19,235 nucleotides of DNA. Origin: Vulcanimicrobiota bacterium. GTDB taxonomy: Bacteria > Vulcanimicrobiota > Vulcanimicrobiia > Vulcanimicrobiales > Vulcanimicrobiaceae. A program made the translations under genes and the position numbers. The notes beneath the pieces were generated by a model that saw only the letters and a list, made by a program, of their open reading frames with translations, was not told the DNA's origin and ran no database searches. This document shows, one piece after another, positions 9,149 through 17,617 of this stretch; position 1 is the stretch's first letter; every line of letters begins with the position of its first letter. The stretch spans positions 1 to 19,235 of the forward strand of contig CAVTCS010000007.1 in NCBI GenBank assembly GCA_963733295.1, written 5' to 3'.

Positions 9149-10207
9149 TTAAGCGACCTGGTCGACGATTTCGGCAGGTCGATTGATATACGATGCAACG
9201 GGTAGCTGGCCGGCTTTTGGTTTGCCGCGTACGAAGCGCTCAGGATGCGCGGTGTAGGCAGCGTCGAGAATGCCTTGCCGCCGCTCCAAGAGAGCGCCGG
9301 CGCGGCCGAAGTGAACGTCAGCTGGAGCGAGAAGCGCGAGCGCGCTGTGGCGATGTTGCGTGTTATACCATTCGACGAACGCGCGGCAGAACGCTCGTGC
9401 CTCTGCGATATTGGAAAGCGTCGCGGGAAATTCCGGCTGGTACTTGGCAGTTTTGAAGAACGATTCGATGTGCGGGTTGTCATCGGAAACATGCGGGCGG
9501 GAATGGCTCTTGGTTACACCGAGATCGGCGAGCAAGAACGCGACTGGTTTCGAAGTCATCGAGCTACCGCGATCTGCATGTACGGTGAGCTTCTTGGGAT
9601 CTACGCATTCTTTCTTGATCGTTTCGGAGAGCAACATGCGTGCCAACGCGGAGCTCTCACGATCGGCGACCATCCAGCCGACGACGTAGCGACTATAGAT
9701 GTCGACGATGACGTAGAGGTAAAAATACGTCCACTTCTGCGGACCATGCAATTTGGTGATATCCCAGGCAAAAACCTCGCGCGGCGCGGTTGCGCACAAT
9801 TCCGGCTTCACGTGCGCAGGACGCGTGGCTTGATCGCGTCGCTCGCCGACTTCCCCGGAGCGGTGAAGAACCCGATACATCGTGGACAGCGAGCAATGAT
9901 AGACGCCTTCGTCCAAGAGCGTTGCGTAAATATAGGGCACGCTGCGATCGATGAATCGATGCTGGTGAACCGCGTCCAAGACTGCTTCGTTCTCTCGGGT
10001 GTCCAGAGCTAACGATGATCCGCGCCGGGCGCGTTTCTCGCGTCGTTCAGTGCGCTCGACCAGCCGTTCTTGATAACGCCGCTGCTGTCGAGAAGAGCGC
10101 GGCACGAGTTGGTGACGTCGTCGAAAGCTCGCGCGGGAATGCCCCATCTGCTCGCACGCTTGGCGTTCGCCAACCTCAACGGCAAGATTCACTACGACTT
10201 GTTCCAC
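9149..10207 (-). CDS. IS3-family transposase OrfB (DDE/rve integrase core)
   Basis: WDIT, VDIYSRYVVGW, HADRGS and DNPHIESFFKTAK DDE motifs. Confidence 0.93.
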   Translation of the reverse strand: MEQVVVNLAVEVGERQACEQMGHSRASFRRRHQLVPRSSRQQRRYQERLVERTERREKRARRGSSLALDTRENEAVLDAVHQHRFIDRSVPYIYATLLDEGVYHCSLSTMYRVLHRSGEVGERRDQATRPAHVKPELCATAPREVFAWDITKLHGPQKWTYFYLYVIVDIYSRYVVGWMVADRESSALARMLLSETIKKECVDPKKLTVHADRGSSMTSKPVAFLLADLGVTKSHSRPHVSDDNPHIESFFKTAKYQPEFPATLSNIAEARAFCRAFVEWYNTQHRHSALALLAPADVHFGRAGALLERRQGILDAAYTAHPERFVRGKPKAGQLPVASYINRPAEIVDQVA

Positions 10208-10593
10208 GGCGGCAAGTCCATCTGATCCGCGCTCTCGCCGACTACAGCACGCAAGAGCGCGTAGGCTTTTCCCTGGACAGCGATAATCCGTTCCGCTTTA
10301 GCTAAGCGTAGCTGCAGACGCTCGTTTTCTTTGCGCAGCCGCGTGTTCTCAACAGCGTTGGGATCGGGCTTACGACCGCGTTTCGCCTCCAGCGGCGCGC
10401 CACCAGCGAGCTGCTTTCGCCAACCAGCGATATGCGATGAATAAATCCGTTCGCGGCGGCAAAGTGCCGCTCGCCCCACGGAGGACGCTTGCTCATACTC
10501 TTCGAGAATCCGCGCCTTATCAGCTGCGGAGAATCGGCGGCGCGAAGCCTTGGCTGGTACCTCGGGATCCGAAATCGTGCCCTTGGATTGCAT
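10192..10593 (-). CDS. IS3-family transposase OrfA (HTH + coiled coil)
   Basis: RRRFSAADKARIL...IYSSHIAGWRKQ HTH, followed by LRKENERL leucine zipper; overlaps orfB. Confidence 0.9.
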   Translation of the reverse strand: MQSKGTISDPEVPAKASRRRFSAADKARILEEYEQASSVGRAALCRRERIYSSHIAGWRKQLAGGAPLEAKRGRKPDPNAVENTRLRKENERLQLRLAKAERIIAVQGKAYALLRAVVGESADQMDLPPWNKS

Positions 10594-10797
10594 GCGTGAA
10601 ACCTTTCACGCCCTCAGTAATTAAGTCCGGGTAGGTGGTCTCACGCTATACTGAAACAGAGGGTGGCAAGTTCAGAGTGCTGTGACACCGTCACCGCCAT
10701 TTTACGTTCTAAGCGGCACCGTGCCAACTTGGAGCGGGACTGACGACAACAACATCTGGCCTTCATGTATCGTGCCGCAAAGCTAGGAGTGAGCCGC

Positions 10798-11316
10798 ATG
10801 CGCCTCGACCTTTTGACAGTATTGCTGACCACGACGCTGAGTCTAGGATCTGGCACAGCAGCCGCGTTTGTGGACATGACACCGGCTTCGGCCGAATCGG
10901 GGTCAGTCGGAACAGCTACGCATCTACGCGCCACTTTGTCGGCGCCAAGTACCGCTAGTCTCGGTGAACCGATATCAATCACTGTAACAATTGCTAATAG
11001 TGGACCGGACTGGGTTCAGTATAGCAGCTACGCGCCCGTGTACTGGCTGGTAGACTTATCAATCGTGGATCCAGAAGGAAGACCGTTGCCGCGATCTGAG
11101 CAACGGACCTTATTTTCACGAATTAATCTTATCGCGCTTCAGATAAACCCGGGACGGTCAACAACGCTCAGCGCACCGCTGGCGTCGTGGGGCTATGTTC
11201 TGGATCGTCCCGGAAGGTATCGAATTTTCCCAATTCTGACTACACGAGCGTTTGTCAATGTTGCTGGGGAGATCGTGGCCGATCCAGCACCCCCGATCTT
11301 TGTGACGATAGAGTGA
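10798..11316 (+). CDS. Secreted hypothetical protein (beta-rich, Ig-like)
   Basis: AGGAG before ATG 10798; signal peptide ending in AAA; LGEPISITVTIAN and PGRYRI patterns. Confidence 0.7.
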   Translation: MRLDLLTVLLTTTLSLGSGTAAAFVDMTPASAESGSVGTATHLRATLSAPSTASLGEPISITVTIANSGPDWVQYSSYAPVYWLVDLSIVDPEGRPLPRSEQRTLFSRINLIALQINPGRSTTLSAPLASWGYVLDRPGRYRIFPILTTRAFVNVAGEIVADPAPPIFVTIE

Positions 11317-11546
11317 TCCAAGATCGCGCCTGAGGGAAGCGTCCTAGGTCAGAACTCCTTTCAGTCGAGTTGGCCTCATTAGTCGACGAGCCAGGGTGGA
11401 AGGTTGAGACGTTTGGCCCCTGCAGCATCTCCACTTGCTCAGCCTGTTCGCGGCTTTTTCGAGCCGATCGCTCGAACAGCTGATCTGACGAAGACGGGCT
11501 GGCCATGGCCCAGACGCCGAGCGGCTCGGGTAACGGAACGGCGCCC

Positions 11547-11834
11547 CTAGAAGCTGGGCGAGTTACGTTTCTCTGGCTTACGCGCTGGCCATGCAGACTG
11601 GCTAAGGAATGCGACGGCGAAGCCTATGACGCACACGATGTGCAACAGGTTCGGCTTCCGAGCTATGTGATAGTACGATGCCATCGCGCCTGCAAGGCCA
11701 AAGACTATCATCCCAGATACAAGAAGCATCAGGTTGTTGGGAACAAAACGAGTCAAGTTGATCAAGCAAATGGTGAGGAGTGCCACAATCGAAAGCGCGG
11801 CTATCGGCCAGTAGCCGCTTATGCGGGCCATCAT
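11547..11834 (-). CDS. Small membrane protein
   Basis: Three hydrophobic segments; ATGA overlap with the upstream gene. Confidence 0.6.
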   Translation of the reverse strand: MMARISGYWPIAALSIVALLTICLINLTRFVPNNLMLLVSGMIVFGLAGAMASYYHIARKPNLLHIVCVIGFAVAFLSQSAWPARKPEKRNSPSF

Positions 11835-13396
11835 TCGTGAAACCGATTTTCACACCGGACGCGTTGGATTTTGATAATTGGGGGCGGCTGAAGGGCGACG
11901 GCGCGCAGACTCCCGTCGAATCGCTCTTCGCACCACTCTGCTAAGGCGGCAATCCTGCTCGGTCCCGCTATCATGAGCACACCCCTTCGCGATCGTACGC
12001 GCTCGACAAAGCCTCGACCCGCCTGTTCTTCGTTATAGGCAACTGAGAACGGTGCGTAACTAAGCGTGCCTATTGCAAACAATTGCATTTCGCGCGTTCG
12101 CGCGTCGTTTGCCAACGGTGCAAAGACGTACTCGATCGGAAGACCAACGCCCCAGTCGACAACCACTTCACTTGGCCACCCGGCCACGTCCATTTGCGCG
12201 TCACGTATGCGCGTGCTCGAGTCGAGATATCCCAAACTCTCCCGAAAGGTCAACAGGACTGAGAGCACGACGATGGCCACAGCAGCGGCAGAGCGAGGCC
12301 GGTTGGAACTTTGCAGGCACACGAGACTGGACACGCAGAGAAGGTCGAGCGGGGGAATGTCCACGTGCACGATGGCGCCGCGGCCCGAAAGGCCGACAAG
12401 GGCCAACGCCGCGAGACAGGTCGCCCCCGTAGCCGCGAGCCGCCGAGTCGGGCGAAGCAAATACAAACCAATCGCAGTTAGGAGGAGTGGTAACAGAGCC
12501 GGCGCGCGCAACGCCCATATCGAATCAATGGCTCCAGCGAGTCCTCCACCCACGAATCGCAGCGGACCCAAGTCCCCGAGCATTTTCCGCAGAATGCGTG
12601 GATCGGCAGTTTTCCTATCGACGAAGAACCAAGATTCCATAAGGTTAACGTCGTTCAACGAGTAACCGTAACGGCGCAGAATCTCAGGATGCTTGCGCAG
12701 CTGATCGCCGGCTCCGAAATCAGTGAATGCTCGGCGTGGAAAACTCAGTTCTTCGTAACGCTGCCACTCGGGGCCGGAGTAATGGCGGTAATCAACAAAT
12801 TCTGAGAGACCGACTGCTGCGACGAAGAGTATGGCCGCAAGCTGCAGTTTCTTATCTCCGCCCAGCTGACGATAGGACAGCAGTGGTAAAGCAACCACGG
12901 CTACGAGCAAGACCTCTTGACTTCGAATGATGTAGCCGACGAAAGCACAGATCGTCGAGGCGATTAAAACGACGCTGTTCTTCGAACGAGCGTAGACCCA
13001 AAGACTAAGGATCACCGCTACCGCCGCCAGGCCTGCATTTGTCGTATATTGCGGTAGCATCGCGGCATGCAGTGTGATTAGAATCGTAGCAAGTAGTGCG
13101 ATATAGTTTCTGACACCAAGCTGTTGAAGAAAGTAAAGTATCAGCGAACCCGAAAGGAGTAACACCAACAACGTGCCGATCGAGTAACCGAGCACTCCGT
13201 CGAGACTGGGCAACGCGCGGACGGCGTATCCCCACAGGACGGCCGAGAAGACAAGGTCGGGCGAAGCGAACGCGGCGAGTCCATAGCCATGAGCGATCAT
13301 CGACATCGCTGGATCGTCGTTGGTCGCCCAGATTGGCTGGGCGAATGCGTATAGCGCTGCAATCAGCGCAGCAACTATACCGACGCAGACGAACAA
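11831..13396 (-). CDS. Polytopic membrane protein, possibly a GT-C-fold glycosyltransferase
   Basis: 521 aa with many TM helices; acidic TNDD motif just after TM1. Confidence 0.7.
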   Translation of the reverse strand: MFVCVGIVAALIAALYAFAQPIWATNDDPAMSMIAHGYGLAAFASPDLVFSAVLWGYAVRALPSLDGVLGYSIGTLLVLLLSGSLILYFLQQLGVRNYIALLATILITLHAAMLPQYTTNAGLAAVAVILSLWVYARSKNSVVLIASTICAFVGYIIRSQEVLLVAVVALPLLSYRQLGGDKKLQLAAILFVAAVGLSEFVDYRHYSGPEWQRYEELSFPRRAFTDFGAGDQLRKHPEILRRYGYSLNDVNLMESWFFVDRKTADPRILRKMLGDLGPLRFVGGGLAGAIDSIWALRAPALLPLLLTAIGLYLLRPTRRLAATGATCLAALALVGLSGRGAIVHVDIPPLDLLCVSSLVCLQSSNRPRSAAAVAIVVLSVLLTFRESLGYLDSSTRIRDAQMDVAGWPSEVVVDWGVGLPIEYVFAPLANDARTREMQLFAIGTLSYAPFSVAYNEEQAGRGFVERVRSRRGVLMIAGPSRIAALAEWCEERFDGSLRAVALQPPPIIKIQRVRCENRFHE

Positions 13397-13860
13397 TGGC
13401 CACGGCTTCGGTGACCCAATGGTATTCGCTGGTAGGGAGCTTAGCGTGCCACGAATTTCAAGTCACCTGCTTGATGTCGAGTTCAACCCTCGTGCCATCT
13501 GACGACGGATGCCACGCACTCGAGTCCGCCGTCACTGCTTGCGTGCCTGTGCATCGACGAAGCGCCAGGCACCGGCGGTGGAAGCTCAGTGCTCCAGTCT
13601 TGCCGCATCGTGCGTAAGAGCTGTAGTTCACGGTGGCTCGTGATGCGACGAAGCGACGGTAGATCACCTTTTCGGATGGCAACTCAAATGCCGAAACGGG
13701 TCGCACTGTGGCTGCACGTCGTTTGAGCGGAGGCGATTTCGCTCGAGGACGTGGTTCACTCTCAAGGCGAGAGAATTTTTGCGCAGCGCTCCTGATTCAC
13801 CGAACCGGCTCAGGCTCGTTGGTCCTCGAGCATTGGCTTCCGCTGGCTCCGCGCCCGGCT

Positions 13861-13905
13861 GCTGGGGGAGGGGGCCGCGTTTCAAATGCCTCTGTCTCCT
13901 ATCCC
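13861..13905 (-). repeat. Degenerate right terminal repeat of unit A
   Basis: The reverse complement GGGATAGGAGACAGAGGCATTTGAAACGCGGCCCCCTCCCCCAGC retains the GGGATA, GGC, AAAC and TCCCCCAGC blocks of the consensus end. Confidence 0.6.
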
Positions 13906-13919
13906 CTCGGTTTCGGGAC
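13906..13919 (+). repeat. 14-bp inter-unit spacer (putative target-site duplication), copy 1
   Basis: CTCGGTTTCGGGAC between TATCCC and GGGATA; 11/14 identical to 15575-15588. Confidence 0.75.
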
Positions 13920-13966
13920 GGGATACTACATAAGGGCGCGCAAACTTCCGATCCCCCAGCGCCGGG
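13920..13966 (+). repeat. Left terminal repeat of unit B
   Basis: GGGATACTACATAAGGGCGCGCAAACTTCCGATCCCCCAGCGCCGGG. Confidence 0.9.
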
Positions 13967-14163
13967 GTGCCCAGATCTTTCCGGGAAGGCTCAAGCCCAT
14001 CTGCTCCACTGAGGATCGCCGGACTGGGAAGTCGGGGACGAAGCTCGACGATGATACTCCGACCGCTCTCCCTCAAAAGTCAACCAGTAGACGCGAAGAA
14101 ATGAAGACGCAAAAACCGACTAGCGTTTGGATGCGCGAACGGTCGCGTGGATTTTTCGGGGTA

Positions 14164-14622
14164 TCACTCGCCGCGATCACGCATGAGAAGCGCCGCGATA
14201 AGCGAGAAGCAGGCTCCGCTGACGCCTAAAACAAGCCCTGATGTTTCGTCGAGCCGGAGCAGGAGGACGACGAACCAGCCACAGAGTGTTCCGACTGCCG
14301 ATGCGACTATGAGGATCGAAAGACCCTGAATCAGCGAGCGTTTCGTGAATAAAACCAAGATCGCAAGCGTAAACGCTGCGCCGTCGAGGGGAAGCGCAAG
14401 GGGCAGGGCGCCTATGCCCACCAGAGGGCCGTATGCCATCGCGTTTCGGTAATATTCCTTATTTGCCGGATTGTCGAGCAAATTGGAAAAGACTGCGCTG
14501 AAGACTAGGCTAGCAAAGCTCGGCAGAGCGAGAACGCAAACGGCTCCTGTCACTGCGCCTACGAGGGTGGCGAATGCTGCGCGAACTACTAACGCGCCAC
14601 GGGGCTTTGTCAGGCCCCCCAA
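14164..14622 (-). CDS. Small multi-TM membrane protein (candidate immunity protein)
   Basis: About 4 hydrophobic helices; shares A(V/I)GTxxGWxxV with the neighbouring ORF. Confidence 0.6.
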   Translation of the reverse strand: MGGLTKPRGALVVRAAFATLVGAVTGAVCVLALPSFASLVFSAVFSNLLDNPANKEYYRNAMAYGPLVGIGALPLALPLDGAAFTLAILVLFTKRSLIQGLSILIVASAVGTLCGWFVVLLLRLDETSGLVLGVSGACFSLIAALLMRDRGE

Positions 14623-14646
14623 CTCAAAGCGGCCAGGCGCGGAGAG

Positions 14647-15054
14647 TCATCTGCTACGACCATACCTAAGAAAGACCGCTGAACTAGTCATCCCGATCGG
14701 GCCTCCTAGAGTGATAAACCATCCCGTAAACCCATAGTACGGCTGAAATGTCGCTGAAACCAACAGCCAGCCAAAAAACGTACCGATCGCGTATCCGAAC
14801 CCTAACCAAGTTATTACCCGCTCGGCGCCATTCTTCAAGCGTAAAAAAATCACAAGCAGCCCACCGAGAACCGCAGCAACGACTGCATTTTGAACTGAGC
14901 CGAAGATCGCGAAGTACGCGAGTCCTGTCCCGATTGCCTGGCCGTCAATCGTGATATCTGAACCTCCGAGAAACGTGAAGCAAACAGTTGCGATTACCGT
15001 AGCGACGAGACCAATAATCCCACATGCGAGCGAGACGCGAAGAGTACAGGTCAT
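14647..15054 (-). CDS. Small multi-TM membrane protein (candidate immunity protein)
   Basis: About 4 hydrophobic helices, ATG start. Confidence 0.65.
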   Translation of the reverse strand: MTCTLRVSLACGIIGLVATVIATVCFTFLGGSDITIDGQAIGTGLAYFAIFGSVQNAVVAAVLGGLLVIFLRLKNGAERVITWLGFGYAIGTFFGWLLVSATFQPYYGFTGWFITLGGPIGMTSSAVFLRYGRSR

Positions 15055-15092
15055 TGCGGTATCGGCTCGCTCAAGATTGTTGAACCCTCTAT

Positions 15093-15132
15093 AGCGGACC
15101 TCACTGATTGGCAGCGGACCTCACTGATTGGC
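15093..15132 (+). repeat. Perfect 20-bp tandem duplication
   Basis: AGCGGACCTCACTGATTGGC twice, spanning the stop codon of ORF 15121-15423. Confidence 0.95.
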
Positions 15133-15423
15133 GGAGCGCACTCGGAGGCGTATGAGATGCCTCACCACGACGCCGGCAACGGCAATAGCCAAGATCAGCG
15201 CCGTACGGTCTTCTAAGACACCTCGACTATCATCTATCGCAGAGACCGCGATTGCCGCAATGATCGCAACAGCTACCGCAACAGCAGCATCTATCAGAGC
15301 GATCTTCATCCCCCAGCGTCGCCGAATAAGCAAGCAAATAAGGCCGCCGGCAACGACTCCTAGCGCGCCGGCAAACAGCGCATAGAGCGAGTACATTAGG
15401 GAGGCGGCATCTGCCGGAATCAT
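15121..15423 (-). CDS. Small 3-TM membrane protein (candidate immunity protein)
   Basis: Three hydrophobic helices with basic RRRW/RHLIRLR flanks; the ATG directly follows a TAA. Confidence 0.65.
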   Translation of the reverse strand: MIPADAASLMYSLYALFAGALGVVAGGLICLLIRRRWGMKIALIDAAVAVAVAIIAAIAVSAIDDSRGVLEDRTALILAIAVAGVVVRHLIRLRVRSANQ

Positions 15424-15512
15424 TTAGTTACCCATTCCGCCTGCAGAACGTGCTGGTCGAGGAACTTATTCTACCATCGCCGTCGCCGCGCCACGAGCGT
15501 GGCATCGATCTG

Positions 15513-15574
15513 CGACCTGCGATCGGGGCTGCGCGGTGGGGACCGGAAGTTTGCGCGTCGTTATGTAGTATCCC
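15513..15574 (-). repeat. Right terminal inverted repeat of unit B (or of composite A+B)
   Basis: Reverse complement is GGGATACTACATAACGACGCGCAAACTTCCGGTCCCCACCGCGCAGCCCCGATCGCAGGTCG. Confidence 0.9.
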
Positions 15575-15588
15575 CTTGGTTTCTGGGC
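15575..15588 (+). repeat. 14-bp inter-unit spacer (putative target-site duplication), copy 2
   Basis: CTTGGTTTCTGGGC between TATCCC and GGGATA. Confidence 0.75.
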
Positions 15589-15647
15589 GGGATACTACAT
15601 AAGGGCTGCGAAACGTCCGGTCCCCCGCCGCCCCGGCGGCCCCGATC
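15589..15647 (+). repeat. Left terminal repeat of unit C
   Basis: GGGATACTACATAAGGGCTGCGAAACGTCCGGTCCCCCGCCGCCCCGGCGGCCCCGATC. Confidence 0.88.
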
Positions 15648-15742
15648 CTAACGGCTAGCCGATCGATACCCCATAAGGCGTCCGAAAGCGATCGCCAGCA
15701 GCTGGGCGCCCGATGTCCAGAATGGTTACGGTCGAGGACCTG

Positions 15743-16483
15743 TTATGACGGAACTGGCGCGTCAAATCCATCGTAGACGCCATTTTGAGACTCAGCGATC
15801 CTCTCGAGGATTGGGATCAGCCGGGAGGGATCGTACGGTTTCTCCGCATCGACGACGACTAGCGAATAGCGATCGGTGCCGTCCTGGGCATAATCGTGAT
15901 CGAGAGATGTGCTAACATTGCCCACCGACTGCTCGATCATTCCCTTGGCGCGACTAGCCTTGGTAGACGACTGAAAATATAAAAAATGGGTGACGCGTGG
16001 ACTCTGCGGAGTGGCCGCAAGCTTTGGATCCGGCTCAAAGCCGTTGAGCCTCAAAATGCGATCGATGAGTACTGGAAGCGGAACAATCCCGTCGAATCTT
16101 GGGAGGCGCGCCACCTCATCAGGCGTCAGCGGCATTTCCTCTGGACAATCGTCCACAAACACGTAATATCCGCCCGCATTGCGGGCAAACCGCACAAATA
16201 TTCGGGGCCCAGCGGCATGATCCGGAATGGGGTACCTTCCGATAAACACAGCGTCTGGCAGACCATCTCGTGCAACCGATCTAATCTGGAAAAACTGCCA
16301 TCCGAGTTCCGGACCGGCGACAAGTGTCTGAAGGTCCGGTTGAACCTGGTAGAGACCCGGCAGGATGCGCACGAACTCGATTTTGGTATCTCTCGTGCGT
16401 TGGACGTACGCGGTGCCCCGAAGCGTTTGCAACGCGAACACCGCGCCTGGCTGATTTGCCTTCTTCGGCAGTCGTATTTTCAC
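15743..16483 (-). CDS. Putative immunity protein (Imm26-like N-terminus, RraB-like C-terminus)
   Basis: Directly downstream of an Rhs toxin tip; GAGG before GTG. PGAVFAL...AYVQ...VRILPGLY resembles Imm26; VTHFLYF...GVYDGF resembles an RraB-like domain. Confidence 0.7.
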   Translation of the reverse strand: MKIRLPKKANQPGAVFALQTLRGTAYVQRTRDTKIEFVRILPGLYQVQPDLQTLVAGPELGWQFFQIRSVARDGLPDAVFIGRYPIPDHAAGPRIFVRFARNAGGYYVFVDDCPEEMPLTPDEVARLPRFDGIVPLPVLIDRILRLNGFEPDPKLAATPQSPRVTHFLYFQSSTKASRAKGMIEQSVGNVSTSLDHDYAQDGTDRYSLVVVDAEKPYDPSRLIPILERIAESQNGVYDGFDAPVPS

Positions 16484-16495
16484 GGTACTCCAACC

Positions 16496-17145
16496 TCAAA
16501 GGAGGCCAGCGACTGGGGCGAGTTCAGAATCGATTGCGCCTCCCACCTCCGCTGCTTGGGCCGCGGCCGCCTCAGCATCTGCCGCAACATCCACTCCAAG
16601 GGACTGCAACCACTCGACTAAGCCGTCCTTCATCTGCAGGGTGAGCTCCGCTCCTCGAGACCATAGTGGTTGCACTTGCCCAAGTCTGTTAAATTGCGCC
16701 ATCGATTGTATCTTGTTTACACCTTTAGGCCCGAGTGTCTGTGTCGCTTTCATCACATATGTCTCGACGGACCGCATCATTTCCCGAGTGTATCCCGCGG
16801 GGGCTCTAAAGGGCTGAACTACCAATCGACCATTTCGAGCCCAATAGTCGGATCGTGTCTTGAGGGCGCATGTAATTCCGCAATACCCCTTATCGCCTTC
16901 GGTAGCATAGTACAGCACGATGTTACTGTACTCGCTTTGCGCCGACGCGACAGCCTCGGCGGCGTCGATCTCACCAAGAGTCAGCTCTAATTCGTTCACA
17001 GGATCGCTGTACGAGGGGACAAATGGCGGCGGCCCCGGTGGCGCACCTTCATCACTACCACCGCTGGGGTAGAATGGTGGGACATCTTCCGTCACATATC
17101 CACTGGGATCGACATTCGAGATGGTATTGTTTCCCTCGTACGCGT
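16496..17145 (-). pseudogene. Rhs C-terminal toxin tip, GIY-YIG/URI-like nuclease, N-terminally truncated by the IS
   Basis: The frame upstream of the tracked ORF reads AYEGNNTISNVDPSGY (Rhs core end, DPxG) up to the IS boundary. The toxin part has LYY...YCGIT...R...RSVE...NKIQS. Confidence 0.75.
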
Positions 17146-17215
17146 CCCTCTGTTTCAGTATAGCGTGAGACCACCTACCCGGACTTAATTACTGAGGGCG
17201 TGAAAGGTTTCACGC

Positions 17216-17617
17216 ATGCAATCCAAGGGCACGATTTCGGATCCCGAGGTACCAGCCAAGGCTTCGCGCCGCCGATTCTCCGCAGCTGATAAGGCGCGGA
17301 TTCTCGAAGAGTATGAGCAAGCGTCCTCCGTGGGGCGAGCGGCACTTTGCCGCCGCGAACGGATTTATTCATCGCATATCGCTGGTTGGCGAAAGCAGCT
17401 CGCTGGTGGCGCGCCGCTGGAGGCGAAACGCGGTCGTAAGCCCGATCCCAACGCTGTTGAGAACACGCGGCTGCGCAAAGAAAACGAGCGTCTGCAGCTA
17501 CGCTTAGCTAAAGCGGAACGGATTATCGCTGTCCAGGGAAAAGCCTACGCGCTCTTGCGTGCTGTAGTCGGCGAGAGCGCGGATCAGATGGACTTGCCGC
17601 CGTGGAACAAGTCGTAG
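17216..17617 (+). CDS. IS3-family transposase OrfA
   Basis: Identical protein to 10192-10593. Confidence 0.9.
   Translation: MQSKGTISDPEVPAKASRRRFSAADKARILEEYEQASSVGRAALCRRERIYSSHIAGWRKQLAGGAPLEAKRGRKPDPNAVENTRLRKENERLQLRLAKAERIIAVQGKAYALLRAVVGESADQMDLPPWNKS

Larger units (their letters stand above)
9101..10663 (-). mobile_element. IS3-family insertion sequence, copy 1
   Basis: orfA/orfB pair; near-identical inverted copy at 17146-18708; imperfect subterminal IRs TTTCAGTATAGCGTGAGACCAC / TTTCAGTACGCTTGAGTCCAC; flanked by TGGC direct repeats (9097-9100, 10664-10667). The end is ambiguous by 1-2 bp. Confidence 0.92.
8401..10786 (+). pseudogene. PD-(D/E)xK nuclease-like / wHTH protein interrupted by an IS3-family element
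   Basis: YPDILL...IAIEAK...RQA motif. Removing the IS and one TGGC copy restores an open frame (…SPPWQVQSAV…IVPQS*) to TAG 10784-10786, about 272 aa. Confidence 0.6.
1..13905. mobile_element. Casposon (unit A, autonomous): Cas1 casposase + PolB + HNH + HTH genes + cargo
   Basis: Solo cas1 next to family B polymerase and HNH genes, which is the defining casposon gene set. The terminal repeat sits at the window start (first GGG cut off). A degenerate inverted end ...TATCCC lies at 13861-13905, followed by a 14-bp spacer. The alternative right end is 15574. Confidence 0.85.
13920..15574. mobile_element. Non-autonomous mini-casposon-like cassette (unit B, 1655 bp)
   Basis: Bounded by inverted GGGATACTACATAA...CGCGCAAACTTCCG ends and flanked by similar 14-bp direct repeats; no transposase inside. 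Confidence 0.8.

Noticed and set aside
9245..10012. 255-aa antisense ORF within the IS (also 17797-18564)
   Set aside because: Shadow ORF opposite the transposase.
13906..13925. TTCGGGACG resembles a tRNA-Pro anticodon loop (possible tRNA target)
   Set aside because: No cloverleaf or T-arm nearby, and the second spacer lacks the match.
13400..14229. ORFs 13458-13706 and 13708-14229
   Set aside because: No motifs; the latter runs across the TIR junction and is likely spurious.
15513..15647. Junction hairpin as an integron attC site, REP element or terminator
   Set aside because: No integron integrase or clear RYYYAAC/GTTRRRY cores and no U-tract. The arms recur separately as unit ends (1, 13920), so back-to-back TIRs explain it better.
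15986..16621. 211-aa plus-strand ORF
   Set aside because: Antisense to the better supported toxin/immunity pair.
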